A stretch of DNA of 64,000 nt. Source: an uncultured Chloroflexia bacterium (lineage in GTDB: Bacteria > Chloroflexota > Limnocylindria > Limnocylindrales > CSP1-4). Positions 18,544 to 28,345 of this stretch are shown piece by piece. Location: assembly GCA_963828165.1 (NCBI GenBank), contig CAWHDR010000001.1, positions 768,001-832,000 of the forward strand. The letters are read 5' to 3'. Position numbers and translations under genes: made by a program. Below the pieces are notes generated by a model that worked only from the letters and a program-made list of their open reading frames with translations, made no database searches and had not been told where the DNA came from. Numbering within the stretch: the first letter of the stretch is position 1; each line of letters starts with the position of its first letter.

Positions 18544-19154
18544 GCTTCTCCTTTCATTGCCTCGATGAGCTCGATGAGCGTTCGCTCGGTCTCGGTCTGG
18601 CTGAGCCCGAGATCGAGGCGAAGCAGCTTCCAGGTGTAGACGTCCGTGATCGCCACGAGACCGATGACCCGACGCTCACGCCTGGCCCCGCGCCGGCCGA
18701 CGAGCAGCGACGCGAAGGTGCGCTCGACCCATCCCCGGTGGTATCGGCGCCCGATCTCGGCACTTTCACGCACGACCGGGATTCGGTGTTCCTGGGAGAT
18801 CATCCGCAGCCGGTTGTTGCCCCAGCGCTCGTAGTGCGCGATCAGGTTGCGGATGGCCCCGCCGATATCGCCGACTGGAGCAGCATCGCGCTGACGCATC
18901 TCGTCCTCGCCGCCATGGGCCATGGCCCGCGAGAACAGCTCCTCCTTGGAGCCGAACCGTCGAAGGACGGTCCGCTTCGTGACGCCCGCTCGCTCGGCGA
19001 TCAGCTCGAGGGAGACGTCCTCGTAGGGTTCGTCCGTGAACAAGAGGAGCGCCGCCTCGAGGACGCCGGTCGCCGTCGCTTCGGCCGCCACGCGCCGGGT
19101 TTCCATCCGGTATGGACGTCGGGCGACCGCCTTGGCCGATTTCATGTCACTCAT
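18540..19154 (-). CDS. TetR/AcrR family regulator
   Basis: SLELIAERAGVTKRTVLRRFGSKEEL HTH; the real start may be the ATG at 19145. Confidence 0.9.
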   Translation of the reverse strand: MSDMKSAKAVARRPYRMETRRVAAEATATGVLEAALLLFTDEPYEDVSLELIAERAGVTKRTVLRRFGSKEELFSRAMAHGGEDEMRQRDAAPVGDIGGAIRNLIAHYERWGNNRLRMISQEHRIPVVRESAEIGRRYHRGWVERTFASLLVGRRGARRERRVIGLVAITDVYTWKLLRLDLGLSQTETERTLIELIEAMKGEA

Positions 19155-19182
19155 GGTGACATCAACTAGAGAACGGTGTCAA
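19144..19182 (-). promoter_or_regulatory. TetR autoregulatory operator and promoter
   Basis: Palindrome ATGTCAC-N5-GTGACAT at 19144-19162 overlaps the -10 (CACCAT); TTGACA lies 18 nt upstream on the minus strand. Confidence 0.7.
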
Positions 19183-19225
19183 GCCCTTTCACGGAGCCGG
19201 AAGCGGTTGCCCCGTCGCCGGTCGC

Positions 19226-20668
19226 CTAGGGCGTGCTGACGAGGCCGGTCGTGTTGACGACCTCCAGGTCGCGGCCCGTGATGTCGTCGAGCTCGTGGAG
19301 CACGTCATCGTCGAACCGCGGGTCGCTCATCCCGCTGACGTACCAGGGCGACCCGTTGTCGGCGAGGATCATCCCGTACCGCTTGAGCGCGACCGCGATC
19401 ACTTTGGCCTGCAGCGAGAGGCCGGCGGTGCTGTAGCTCGACTTCAAGCGGACACGCAGGCCCATGGGCGGCAGGGACGCCGACGTGGATCGGCCAGCCT
19501 GGTGCCGTGCCGGAAAGATGTAGGACTGCCGGGTCCGGTTGGTCGTGAACCGAAGCGCGTGCCGGATGACACCGGTCGCGACCTCGTCATAACGGACGAG
19601 CCCCGGGAGGATCGGCAGGCCGGCTGCATCGGCACTCGTCCAGCCGGCCGGACGGAGGGCGTTCGAGCGCAGATCCCAGGTCGCCCCGCTGCCGGCTCGC
19701 CACGCACCGCCGACACGGGCGGCCGCGAACAGCTCGAACAGGCGGCAGCTGTCCTTGTCGAGCATCAGGATGTGGCGATCGCCGCCGGCGTCGGCGCCAC
19801 CCTCGATGAGCGGCGAGGCAGGGATCGGATAGCCGACGTGGTCCGACTCGTCGTCGTACTCGAAGGTCACGGTCGACAGCGGCGTCGATGCCGAAACGAC
19901 CTGGTACGGGATGCCGTACCCCGCGTACGAGCCGAAGTCCATGTGCAGGCCGCGGTCGAGGCCGATCGCCCCGATCATCGTCGAAGAGTTCGATGCCACC
20001 GCGCGGCCGTCGATGCGGGTGTTCCAGACGTTGCCGGCGGGGAGGATCGGGCAGGAGGCCGCGCCCGGCAGGGACGGGGACGCGTCGACGCGCCCGGCCG
20101 GGTGGCTGTCGGCAGTGCGCGGATCCGTCCCAGCACTGACCTCCGTGCCATCGCGGTAGCCGTCGTTGTCGGTGTCGGATCGGGCAGGGTGCGTGCTGCG
20201 GGTCTGCTCCTCGAGGTTGCGCAGCCCGTCGCCGTCGCGATCCTCGCTCGGGTCGGCCACGCCGTTCCCGTCCGTGTCCGCCAAGCGGGGGTGGAGGACC
20301 GCCCGGAACTCCGTCCAGTTCCACAGGCCGTCGGCGTCGGCGTCCTCGCGATCGTCGCGGGTGCCGTCCTTGTCGGAGTCCGCGGTCCGGGGCCGCGTGT
20401 AGGTCGTCCGCTCATGCAGGTTCGTCAGGAGGTCCCCATCGAGGTCCTCCGTGCCGTCCATGATCCCGTCGCCATCGGTGTCCCGCAGCGATGGGCTGGT
20501 CTTGGTCCATTCGAGCTCGTACGCGTCCGGCAGCCCGTCGCCGTCCGTGTCCGAGGTGGCTGCCGAGGCCGCTCCGCCGCTCCACGCAACCGTCGACACG
20601 ACGAGCGCCGTCAGGACGAGGGGGCGGTGGGCGAAGCGGGACCTCGGCATCTGCTGAGGGTCGGCCAC
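19226..20668 (-). CDS. Secreted protein with Ca-binding thrombospondin-3-like (DxDxDG) repeats and uncharacterised C-terminal domain
   Basis: Signal-like segment ending ASAA; repeated DTDGDG/DSDKDG/DTDGNG/DTDNDG; C-terminal SADAAGLPILPGL...HALRFT domain. Confidence 0.75.
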   Translation of the reverse strand: MADPQQMPRSRFAHRPLVLTALVVSTVAWSGGAASAATSDTDGDGLPDAYELEWTKTSPSLRDTDGDGIMDGTEDLDGDLLTNLHERTTYTRPRTADSDKDGTRDDREDADADGLWNWTEFRAVLHPRLADTDGNGVADPSEDRDGDGLRNLEEQTRSTHPARSDTDNDGYRDGTEVSAGTDPRTADSHPAGRVDASPSLPGAASCPILPAGNVWNTRIDGRAVASNSSTMIGAIGLDRGLHMDFGSYAGYGIPYQVVSASTPLSTVTFEYDDESDHVGYPIPASPLIEGGADAGGDRHILMLDKDSCRLFELFAAARVGGAWRAGSGATWDLRSNALRPAGWTSADAAGLPILPGLVRYDEVATGVIRHALRFTTNRTRQSYIFPARHQAGRSTSASLPPMGLRVRLKSSYSTAGLSLQAKVIAVALKRYGMILADNGSPWYVSGMSDPRFDDDVLHELDDITGRDLEVVNTTGLVSTP

Positions 20669-20753
20669 GAGGCTCAGCGTGGCCCCTCGTCCAAGGTCCC
20701 GATCGGTCCGGACGATAGGCCGGTTCCGGGGCGCACCGTCGCGAGTCGCGGGA

Positions 20754-21515
20754 CTACGCGCGGTCGGCCGCCGCCAGCATCGCCTTGGCGCCCGCGCTGA
20801 CGAACGAGCCCTCCGAGCCCAGCCCGATGAACCGGAACCCGAGCTCCTGGTGGCGGGCCAGCGCCGTCGTGTCGTAGAGCAGGATCCCGGCGGCCTTTCC
20901 ATGACGCTTGCACGCGTCCGTCACCGTTCGCAACGCGGCGAGGTACGTCTCGTCGTCGAAACGGCCGGGGACTCGGAGCGCGTGCGAGAGGTCGGCTGGA
21001 CCCACGAACAACACGTCCACCTCGTCCATCGATGCGATCTCATCGGCGGCGGCAACCGCTCCCCGGGATTCGATCTGGACGATGCCGACCACGCGGTCGT
21101 TCACGACCCGCGCGACGTCTGCGTGGGCGAGAGCGCCCATGTCGGCGCCGCGGGTTCGCAACGCCAGGCCGCGAGAACCCACCGGCGGATAGCGCAGGTA
21201 CGCGACCGCCTGACGTACCTCGTTCGCGGACTGCAGCTGGGGCAGCATGACCCCGGCGGCACCCAGGTCCAGCGCCCGCCCGATCCGGAGCCGCTCGGCC
21301 GACTGCGGACGGACGATCGGGGCCATCGGAGTCGTCCCCACCGCATACAGGAGGGCGAGCAAGTCCGCCTCCGTCGCGGTCCCGTGCTCGAGGTCCAGGA
21401 CGGTCCAGTCGAAGCCGGCGTTGCCACACAGCTCCGCGGCGAGTGGCGAAGCGAGATCGGAGAAGACGCCGATCAGCGTCTCGCCGGCGCGGATACGGGT
21501 TCGAAGGTCGGTCAT
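20754..21515 (-). CDS. HpcH/HpaI class II aldolase
   Basis: LDLEHG, QIES and LFVGPADLS motifs. Confidence 0.9.
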   Translation of the reverse strand: MTDLRTRIRAGETLIGVFSDLASPLAAELCGNAGFDWTVLDLEHGTATEADLLALLYAVGTTPMAPIVRPQSAERLRIGRALDLGAAGVMLPQLQSANEVRQAVAYLRYPPVGSRGLALRTRGADMGALAHADVARVVNDRVVGIVQIESRGAVAAADEIASMDEVDVLFVGPADLSHALRVPGRFDDETYLAALRTVTDACKRHGKAAGILLYDTTALARHQELGFRFIGLGSEGSFVSAGAKAMLAAADRA

Positions 21516-21687
21516 CGGAAGATGATGGCGGGTCGGCCGGCGGTCTGTCGGGCTCCGACGACGGGCGTATCGCGTCGCTGCGACGAAACGGCACCAGCGC
21601 ATACTCCGCCGCGGAATGAACCTTGTCCTCGCTGCGACCATCTGTTGAGGTGAAGCGCCCCGTCGGGGCGTCGCTGGGGTGCCGCGC

Positions 21688-22239
21688 ATGCGGACGAGAC
21701 TGGTCGAACGAGCGAGGGAGGGCGACGACTCCGCCTTCACCGAACTCGTCGACCTCGATGGCAACGTGTGCTACGCGATCGCGTACCGCATCCTGCGCGA
21801 TGCGGAACGGGCGCAGGACGCCGTCCAGCAGGCGTTCCTCCTCGCCTGGCGCGAGCTCCCACAGCTCCGCGACCCGGAACGGTTCGGACCATGGCTCCAC
21901 CGGCTGCTCGTCAACGCCTGCTATGACGAGCTGCGGCGGCACAAGCGCTGGAGCTCGCGTATCCGGGCCCTGCCGCTGGACGGACCCGGCGGGCCGGACC
22001 CGATGCTGACCGTGGAAGATCGGGACCAGCTCGACCGAGCCTTCGCGCGCCTGACGCCGCAGCATCGCGCGGTCTTCGTTCTTCACCACCACGCCGGCCT
22101 TCCGTTGGCCGAGATCGCCGACGCGGTCGGCGTGCCAGTCGGCACCGTCAAGTCACGACTTCATCACGCCACCAGCGCCTTGCGCGCGGCCATCGCGGCC
22201 GACAGTCGCGTCGACAGCGGGGAGGTACGACTCGCATGA
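21688..22239 (+). CDS. ECF sigma-70 factor
   Basis: AQDAVQQAFL..W region 2; EIADAVGVPVGTVKSRLH region 4. Confidence 0.92.
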   Translation: MRTRLVERAREGDDSAFTELVDLDGNVCYAIAYRILRDAERAQDAVQQAFLLAWRELPQLRDPERFGPWLHRLLVNACYDELRRHKRWSSRIRALPLDGPGGPDPMLTVEDRDQLDRAFARLTPQHRAVFVLHHHAGLPLAEIADAVGVPVGTVKSRLHHATSALRAAIAADSRVDSGEVRLA

Positions 22240-23081
22240 ATCCGACGCGCGAGGGAAGCGCCATCGTCGCCGCCTGGCTCGAGGAAGGGCCTAACGAACT
22301 GCCCGAGTCCACCCGCCGGGCGATCGCGGTCGACGTCCGAACGACCCGCCAGTCCCGACGTTCCCCGTGGTTTCCATTTCGGTTTCGGGTCGCGGATCGG
22401 CTGTCAGTGGCCGCGCTGGCCGCCGTGGCGGTGATGGCGTTGGTCATCGGTGGGCTGGTCGTGCGCCCGTTCACGTCAAACGGAAGCAACGTCGGCGGAC
22501 CGCCTCCGGCCCCGTCAGCGTCGCCAACGGCGATGTCGGCGCTGTACGTCTCCGGGCGCCATGGCTACTCCATCAGGTATCCCGCTGACTGGTCCGTGGA
22601 GGGGGCGACCGAGGCGTGGTCGCCCCCTGATTGGAAGGCGGCCACTTCGCTCGGCCAACCATTCGACTTCATCAGTGATGGGGGCCAGCCGCCGATCCTC
22701 CGGGCGGCTTCCGCGCCCCTCCCGGACGGCGTGGCGAATGTGGACGACTGGATCGACGAGTTCCTCATCTTCGGCGACCCGAACTGCGTGCCACCGCGCG
22801 AGACGCAGGAGGAGGTCAGCATCGACGGGGCGCCGGGGCGTATTTGGGATAGCTGCGGCGAGGTCGAGGCCACCATCGTCCTCGATGGCCGCGTCTATAT
22901 GTTCACGCTATTCCTCGGCAGCGATCTGGCGACGAACGGCCGCGCGATATTCGACGCGCTCGCCGCGACCATCGACCTGCGCCCGGAAGACGCCGTGCTC
23001 CCGAGCCCGAGTTCGAGTCCCGACGCCCAGACGGTCGGTGGGCGGGTCAGTCGGGAAATGCCTCGGGACCGCGCTCGCTGA
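22236..23081 (+). CDS. Putative membrane-anchored anti-sigma factor
   Basis: 4-bp overlap with the ECF gene; short cytoplasmic N-terminus, one TM, Pro/Ser linker and an extracytoplasmic domain with two Cys. Confidence 0.65.
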   Translation: MNPTREGSAIVAAWLEEGPNELPESTRRAIAVDVRTTRQSRRSPWFPFRFRVADRLSVAALAAVAVMALVIGGLVVRPFTSNGSNVGGPPPAPSASPTAMSALYVSGRHGYSIRYPADWSVEGATEAWSPPDWKAATSLGQPFDFISDGGQPPILRAASAPLPDGVANVDDWIDEFLIFGDPNCVPPRETQEEVSIDGAPGRIWDSCGEVEATIVLDGRVYMFTLFLGSDLATNGRAIFDALAATIDLRPEDAVLPSPSSSPDAQTVGGRVSREMPRDRAR

Positions 23082-24270
23082 GCTCTGCGGCCTCGCCAGT
23101 GGCGTCCTCGGGCGGCAGCCATGAATAGGGATATCGATCGTCGTCGAGGTCCATCGCCGCCTGGGTGACGTGCAGCGGATGGAAGGTATCGACCATCACC
23201 GCCAGTTCCTCGGTGGCCTCCTTGCCGATGGACGCCTCCACCGTGCCAGGGTGTGGACCGTGCGGGATCCCTGCTGGGTGGAGCGTGAACGACGCGATCT
23301 CCACGCCACGCCGGCTCATGAAATTGCCCGCCACGTAGTAGATGACCTCGTCCGAGTTGATGTTGGAGTGGTTGTACGGCGCCGGGATGGCGAGCGGATG
23401 GTAGTCGAACTTGCGCGGCACGAAGGAGCACACGACGAAGTTGCGTGCCTGGAACGTCTGGTGGACGGGCGGTGGCTGGTGGACGCGACCGGTGATGGGC
23501 TGGAAGTCGCCGATGTTGAAGCGGAACGGCCACAGGTACCCATCCCAGCCGACGACGTCGAACGGGTGGTGCCGGTAGTGATAGGCCGTGATCCGGTCGG
23601 ACGAGCGGACGTGGATGACGAAGTCGCCGTGCTCATCTCGCGGCGCGACCTCGTTTGGGGCGTGCAGGTCGCGCTGCGAGTACGGGGCGTGCTCGAGGAG
23701 CTGGCCGTAGTCGTTGCGATAGCGCTTCGGCGGCTCGATGACCGACGGCGCCTCGAGATAGAGCATCCGCTGTTCCGAGCCCTCGTCAGGATCGAGCCGC
23801 CAGGTCGTGCCGATCGGCAGCACGAGGTAGTCGCCAGGTCCGTAGCGAAGCGGCCCGAAGACCGTGTCGCACAGGCCGGTCCCCTCGTGAACGAACAGCA
23901 TCTCGTCGGCGATGCCGTTGCGGTAGAAGGTGCCGTCCGCCATCGACTCCGCCGGGCGCACGACGCCGAACACGACGTCACTGTTGAAGTACAGCGGGAC
24001 GCGACCCGTCACGACGTCCCCGTTCGGCAGCACGTCACCGGTCTTGGTCAATCGATGCCGATGGAGGTCGTCGTCCGCAGCCTCGAGACGGATCCTGCTG
24101 ACCGGCTCGATCCGGTGGGCCTGCGTCGGCGGGGTGAGGTGGTACAGCAACGAGCTTCGTCCGGTGAAGCCCTCCATGCCGAACAGCTCCTCGGCGTAGA
24201 GGCTGCCATCCGGCGCACGGTGCTGCGTGTGGCGCTGCTGCGGGACGCTGCCACGGCGGGCGTAGTACAT
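23047..24270 (-). CDS. hmgA: Homogentisate 1,2-dioxygenase
   Basis: HPFDVVGWDG, PITGRVHQPPPVH, PYNHSN..SDE, HGPHP and ELAVMVDTF motifs. Confidence 0.92.
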   Translation of the reverse strand: MYYARRGSVPQQRHTQHRAPDGSLYAEELFGMEGFTGRSSLLYHLTPPTQAHRIEPVSRIRLEAADDDLHRHRLTKTGDVLPNGDVVTGRVPLYFNSDVVFGVVRPAESMADGTFYRNGIADEMLFVHEGTGLCDTVFGPLRYGPGDYLVLPIGTTWRLDPDEGSEQRMLYLEAPSVIEPPKRYRNDYGQLLEHAPYSQRDLHAPNEVAPRDEHGDFVIHVRSSDRITAYHYRHHPFDVVGWDGYLWPFRFNIGDFQPITGRVHQPPPVHQTFQARNFVVCSFVPRKFDYHPLAIPAPYNHSNINSDEVIYYVAGNFMSRRGVEIASFTLHPAGIPHGPHPGTVEASIGKEATEELAVMVDTFHPLHVTQAAMDLDDDRYPYSWLPPEDATGEAAELSERGPEAFPD

Positions 24271-24494
24271 GGACGACTGGCCTCCTCGCGTGAAGAGGCC
24301 AGTCTAGGTCGCGTGGCGTGCCGCGCAAACGTTCAGCCGAACGGACTAAAGGTTCGCGGCGCCGATCGGCCCGGAAATAAAGGCGAGACGATCCCGAAGA
24401 TCGGGAGGTCGCCCGATGGCAGCACCGCCTGCCCGCCCTACGTTAGGGACATCGCGAAGACCAACGACCGCGATACCGCAACGAGGGAACTCCG

Positions 24495-24677
24495 ATGACC
24501 GCCGAGATCACCATCCTGACCGCCGCTCATGACCATCAGACCGAGCTCCTCGCCGACGCCGAGGCCCGCCGCCTGCTCCGCCGGTCGGCTGCTCCGACGT
24601 CGGGGTCGCAGCCGGTCGCCAGGCAACGACTGAACACGCTGCTTCGCCGGCTTGCCGGCGCGACGTCCTTCGCCTGA
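24495..24677 (+). CDS. Small hypothetical protein upstream of the AAA-LuxR regulator
   Basis: GAGGGA RBS; HQTELLADAEARRL helical motif; 60 aa. Confidence 0.65.
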   Translation: MTAEITILTAAHDHQTELLADAEARRLLRRSAAPTSGSQPVARQRLNTLLRRLAGATSFA

Positions 24678-24730
24678 TCGTGCCGGCCGTCGCTCCGGGA
24701 CGGGAGCGTGGCTCCCGTACCATGAGCCGC

Positions 24731-27700
24731 GTGACGACGCGCGTCTCGAGCTCGCTCTTCATCGGACGACAGGCCGAGCTGCAACGGATCATGGGGGCCG
24801 TCGAACGCGCCGGGGCCGGGGAGGCGGCCGTCGTTCTCGTGGGTGGCGAGGCCGGCATCGGCAAGACCCGGCTCATGGACGAAGTCGGAGGGCGCTCGCA
24901 GGACTTGGGGGCGCTCCTCCTCGAGGGTGGGTGCGTCAGCCTGGGAGACGGCGGGGGCCTGCCGTTCGCACCGATCGTGGAAGCGCTGCGGCGGCTGCCG
25001 GCGGCACTCGCCGGGGGCAAGTTTGGCGCGATCGACGTCGAAACACTGCGAACCCCCGCCACGGTCGAGCTCGGTCGACTCCTGCCCGAGTTCGGGACGC
25101 CGGCGGCGGCCGATGCCGAAGGCCCCGGACGCCCGGAATGGATCCAGGCCAGGATCTTCGAGGGCGTGCTGGCCCTCCTTCGTGGCCTTGGCGAGCGGGC
25201 GCCGGTCGTGTGCGTCCTCGAGGACCTCCACTGGGCCGACAGCTCGACCCGCGATCTCGTGGCGTTCCTGGCTCGCAACGTCCGGACCGAGCCTCTCGTC
25301 GTGATCGGGACGTATCGAACGGATGAGCTACATCGCCGTCATCCCCTCCGGCCCTGGCTGGCGGAGATGGACCGACTCCCGCGGGTACAGCGCATGGAGC
25401 TCGCACGGTTCGGACGCGAGGAGCTCAGCGCACAGGTGGAAGCGATCATCGGGCACGCCCCCGAGACCGAACTCCTCGACGCGATCGGGCGGCGGGCCGA
25501 AGGAAACCCGTTCTTCATCGAGGAGTTGCTCGCGGCGGGCGGAGGCACCGCCGTGACCGGGCTGTCGGAAACACTGCGCGAGGTCCTGCTGTCGCGGGTC
25601 TCGGCCCTGTCCGAGGGAGCCCAGCGCATCCTGGGCATCGCGGCTGTGGACGGGCGCTCCGTGGACCCGACGCTGCTCGCGGAGGTCGCTGCACGCCCGG
25701 AGTCGGACCTCGAGGAACCTATCCGCGAGGCCCTCGCGGCGCAGCTTCTCGTCAGCGACATCGACGAAGGGCGGTATCGGTTCCGCCACGCCCTGCTCGC
25801 CGAAGCGGTCTACGACGATCTCCTCCCGTCGGAACGACGCCGGATCCACGCCGCCTATGGGGCGACCCTCGATGCGAGGCCGGTGCCGGACGGCGCCGAA
25901 GGGGCCAGCCTGCTCGCAGCCCTCGCCCACCATGCGACGGCCGCGCACGAGCCCGTCCGTGCCCTGCGCGCCTGGATCGCTGCCGCTCGTGCCGCGGCGG
26001 CCAGCTATGCCTTTGCCGAGAGCGTCCGGTCCTTCGAGCATGCGATCGAGCTGTGGGATGTCGTCCCGGCGGACGACCGCCCCAGCGGCGTTGACGCGTC
26101 GACCTTGCATCACGAGGCGAGCCTGGGGGCGATGATCATCGGCCGCCTGGATCTCGCGGTGGACCTGGCCCGGGTGGCGGTCGAGCTGGTCGATCCCGTC
26201 CGTGATCCCGAACGCTGGGCCGCCGCCAACGAGCGCCTCGCGCGAGCGTCGTGGGTGGCCGGCGCGACCCAGGAGGCGACCGACCTCCTCGAGTCGACGG
26301 CCGCGACGATGGAGCGCTCCGGTCCCTCGCCGGAGCGTGCCCGCGTCCTCGCGGCTCTGGCCGGGGCGTACATGCTGCGCGGCGGACACGCTCGCGCGAT
26401 CCCGGTCGCCGAGGCAGCCATCGACCTCGCCCGATCGACGCATGCGGCGCTGCCGGAAGCGCACGCGATGAGCACGCTCGGAACCAGTCTCTCCCTCATC
26501 GGGCGGTGCGCCCACGGGATCACCGTGTCCCGGGAAGCCTTCGCTCGCAACTTGGCCGACGGCGACATCGACGCCATCGGTCGGGCGTACGCCAACTACA
26601 GCTCGGTCCTGCTCGTCTGCGGTTCATTCGAGGAAAGCCTCGAGGTCGCCGAGGCAGGGGTTGCCTGGGCACGATCCGCTGGCGCGTATGAACAGTACGG
26701 ACGCTTCATCCGATCGAACGTCGCCGAGGCAGAGATCGAGCTTGGCCGATGGGACGCTGCCGAGCAGACGGTCGACGAGCTCGTGGCGGCGAAGGTCTTC
26801 GGCGGGACCCGGATGGGCATCCTCGCCGTCGCGGGCCTGTTCCTCGTGCGGCGCGGTCGCTCGGCCGATGCTCGTCCGCTCCTCGAAGAAGGGAGGGCGC
26901 TCGTGGAGCCGTTGCGGGATGCACAGTTCACTGGGCCGGTGCACGTCGGCTTGATCGAACTGGCATTGACGGATGAAGACGCGATCACCGCGGCGAACGT
27001 CGCGGCCGATGCCCTCGATCGACTGGGGCGGACCGGCGACCACTTCTACGTCACCGAGCTCGCCGCCATAGCCGCTCGCGCCGAAGCCGATGCTGCGAGC
27101 CTGGCTCGTGCGCTCCGCGACGACGCAGGGGCCGCGCGGGCCAGCGCCCGCGCCCGCGATGCCGCGGCGATCCTCGAGCAGATACGGGCCGAGCTGCCCG
27201 GATCGGACGCCTTCGGGGGTCGCCTCGAGAGCATGGTGGCCCTCGCGCTCGCCGAATGCCATCGAGCGGACGGCGACGCGGCACCGGATGCGTGGCGTGC
27301 GGCGGTCGACGCCGCGGATCGGGCCGGCATCGTCTGGCCGATCGCCTACGCGCGGTTCCGGCTTGCAGAGTCGTTGCTCGGGGCGCGCGCGCCACGTCGC
27401 GACGCCGAGGCAGCGCTCGTGGCGGCACATGCGGTAGCGGATGGCCTCGGCGCCGGCCCACTCCGCGGCTGGATCGAAGGGCTCGCTCGCCGGGCGCGGG
27501 TACGGATCGCGGAACCGGCTGCGATCGGCGCCGTGGCAGCGATCGATGGCGTCGTCGATGCGGACCTGCCCTCCGCGGCGGCCGTCGCGCTCGACGGTCT
27601 CGGGCTGACGAGGCGTGAGCTGGAGGTGCTGCCGCTCGTCGCCGCGGGTCACACGAACAAGCGCATCGCGCGAGATCCTGTTCATCAGCGAGAACACGGC

Positions 27701-27803
27701 CGGCGTCCACGTGTCGAACATCCTCGGCAAGCTGGGAGTAGGCACCCGGACGGAAGCGGCCGCCATCGCGGCACGATTGGGGCTCGACCGGGCCGAGGCC
27801 TGA
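24731..27803 (+). pseudogene. Large AAA-ATPase/LuxR (LAL/MalT-like) regulator with a +1 frameshift in the HTH
   Basis: GEAGIGKT, LEDLHWAD and GNPFF motifs; LTRRELEVL...TNKRIA continues as EILFISENTAGVHVSNILGKL in another frame after ~27670. Confidence 0.8.
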
Positions 27804-28316
27804 TCAGTCCGACGGGGGCGTGCGGTGCTCCAGCAGGACGACGTCCCGCCAGCGCCCACCGGGATCGCGCCCCAGGGCTCGCTGGACCCCCACCCGCCGA
27901 AACCCGACGGATTCATGGAGCCGGAGGCTGGCCGTGTTCTCGGCCATGACGCCGGCGAGCAGCGTCCAGAAGCCCGCCTGATTCGCTGCCGGGATGACCG
28001 CCTCGAGCAGCGCCCGCCCCACGCCCCGGCCACGAACCTCGGCCGCGACGTACACGCTCTCCCACGCGACACCGCTGTACACGCGGCGCGATGAATACGC
28101 CGTCAGGGCGACCCAGCCCAGCACCGCCGAGCGCGCCGACTCGCGCGCGACCAGCCGGCAGTCCGGTCGGTGCGACCGATCGAAGTGGTCCCAGTCGGGC
28201 GCCTCGCGCTCCAGCGTGGCGTCGCCCGTTGCGATTCCCTCGGCATAGATCCGGCGGACGATCGGCCAGTCGGCCGGCGTCATGGGATCGATCCGGAATC
28301 TGTGCACCGCCGCCAC
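27804..28316 (-). CDS. GNAT N-acetyltransferase (phosphinothricin/MnaT-like)
   Basis: IYAEGIATG.AT.E, ESVYV...RGRGVG and N.ASLRLHESVGF motifs. Confidence 0.88.
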   Translation of the reverse strand: MAAVHRFRIDPMTPADWPIVRRIYAEGIATGDATLEREAPDWDHFDRSHRPDCRLVARESARSAVLGWVALTAYSSRRVYSGVAWESVYVAAEVRGRGVGRALLEAVIPAANQAGFWTLLAGVMAENTASLRLHESVGFRRVGVQRALGRDPGGRWRDVVLLEHRTPPSD

Positions 28317-28345
28317 GGCGGCATCATCACATGTCCGCGGGGGGC

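Noticed and set aside
20100-20560. Repeated GTCGCCGTC/GTCCGTGTC-like units as a possible CRISPR or DNA repeat array
   Set aside because: They are degenerate and codon-phased, encoding DxDxDG protein repeats. There are no identical repeats with unique spacers and no cas genes.
21610-21650. Shared autoregulatory ECF promoter (GAACC...CCAT) before both sigma genes
   Set aside because: Spacing differs between the two loci (15 versus 18 nt), so it is too weak to call.
23047-23081. 35-bp convergent overlap of the anti-sigma and hmgA genes
   Set aside because: Short 3' overlaps are common in GC-rich genomes and there is no sign of function.
27672-27949. C-terminal extension of the 1089-aa ORF
   Set aside because: It is read-through after the frameshift. 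The genuine HTH ends at 27803 in another frame, and the extension overlaps the GNAT gene.
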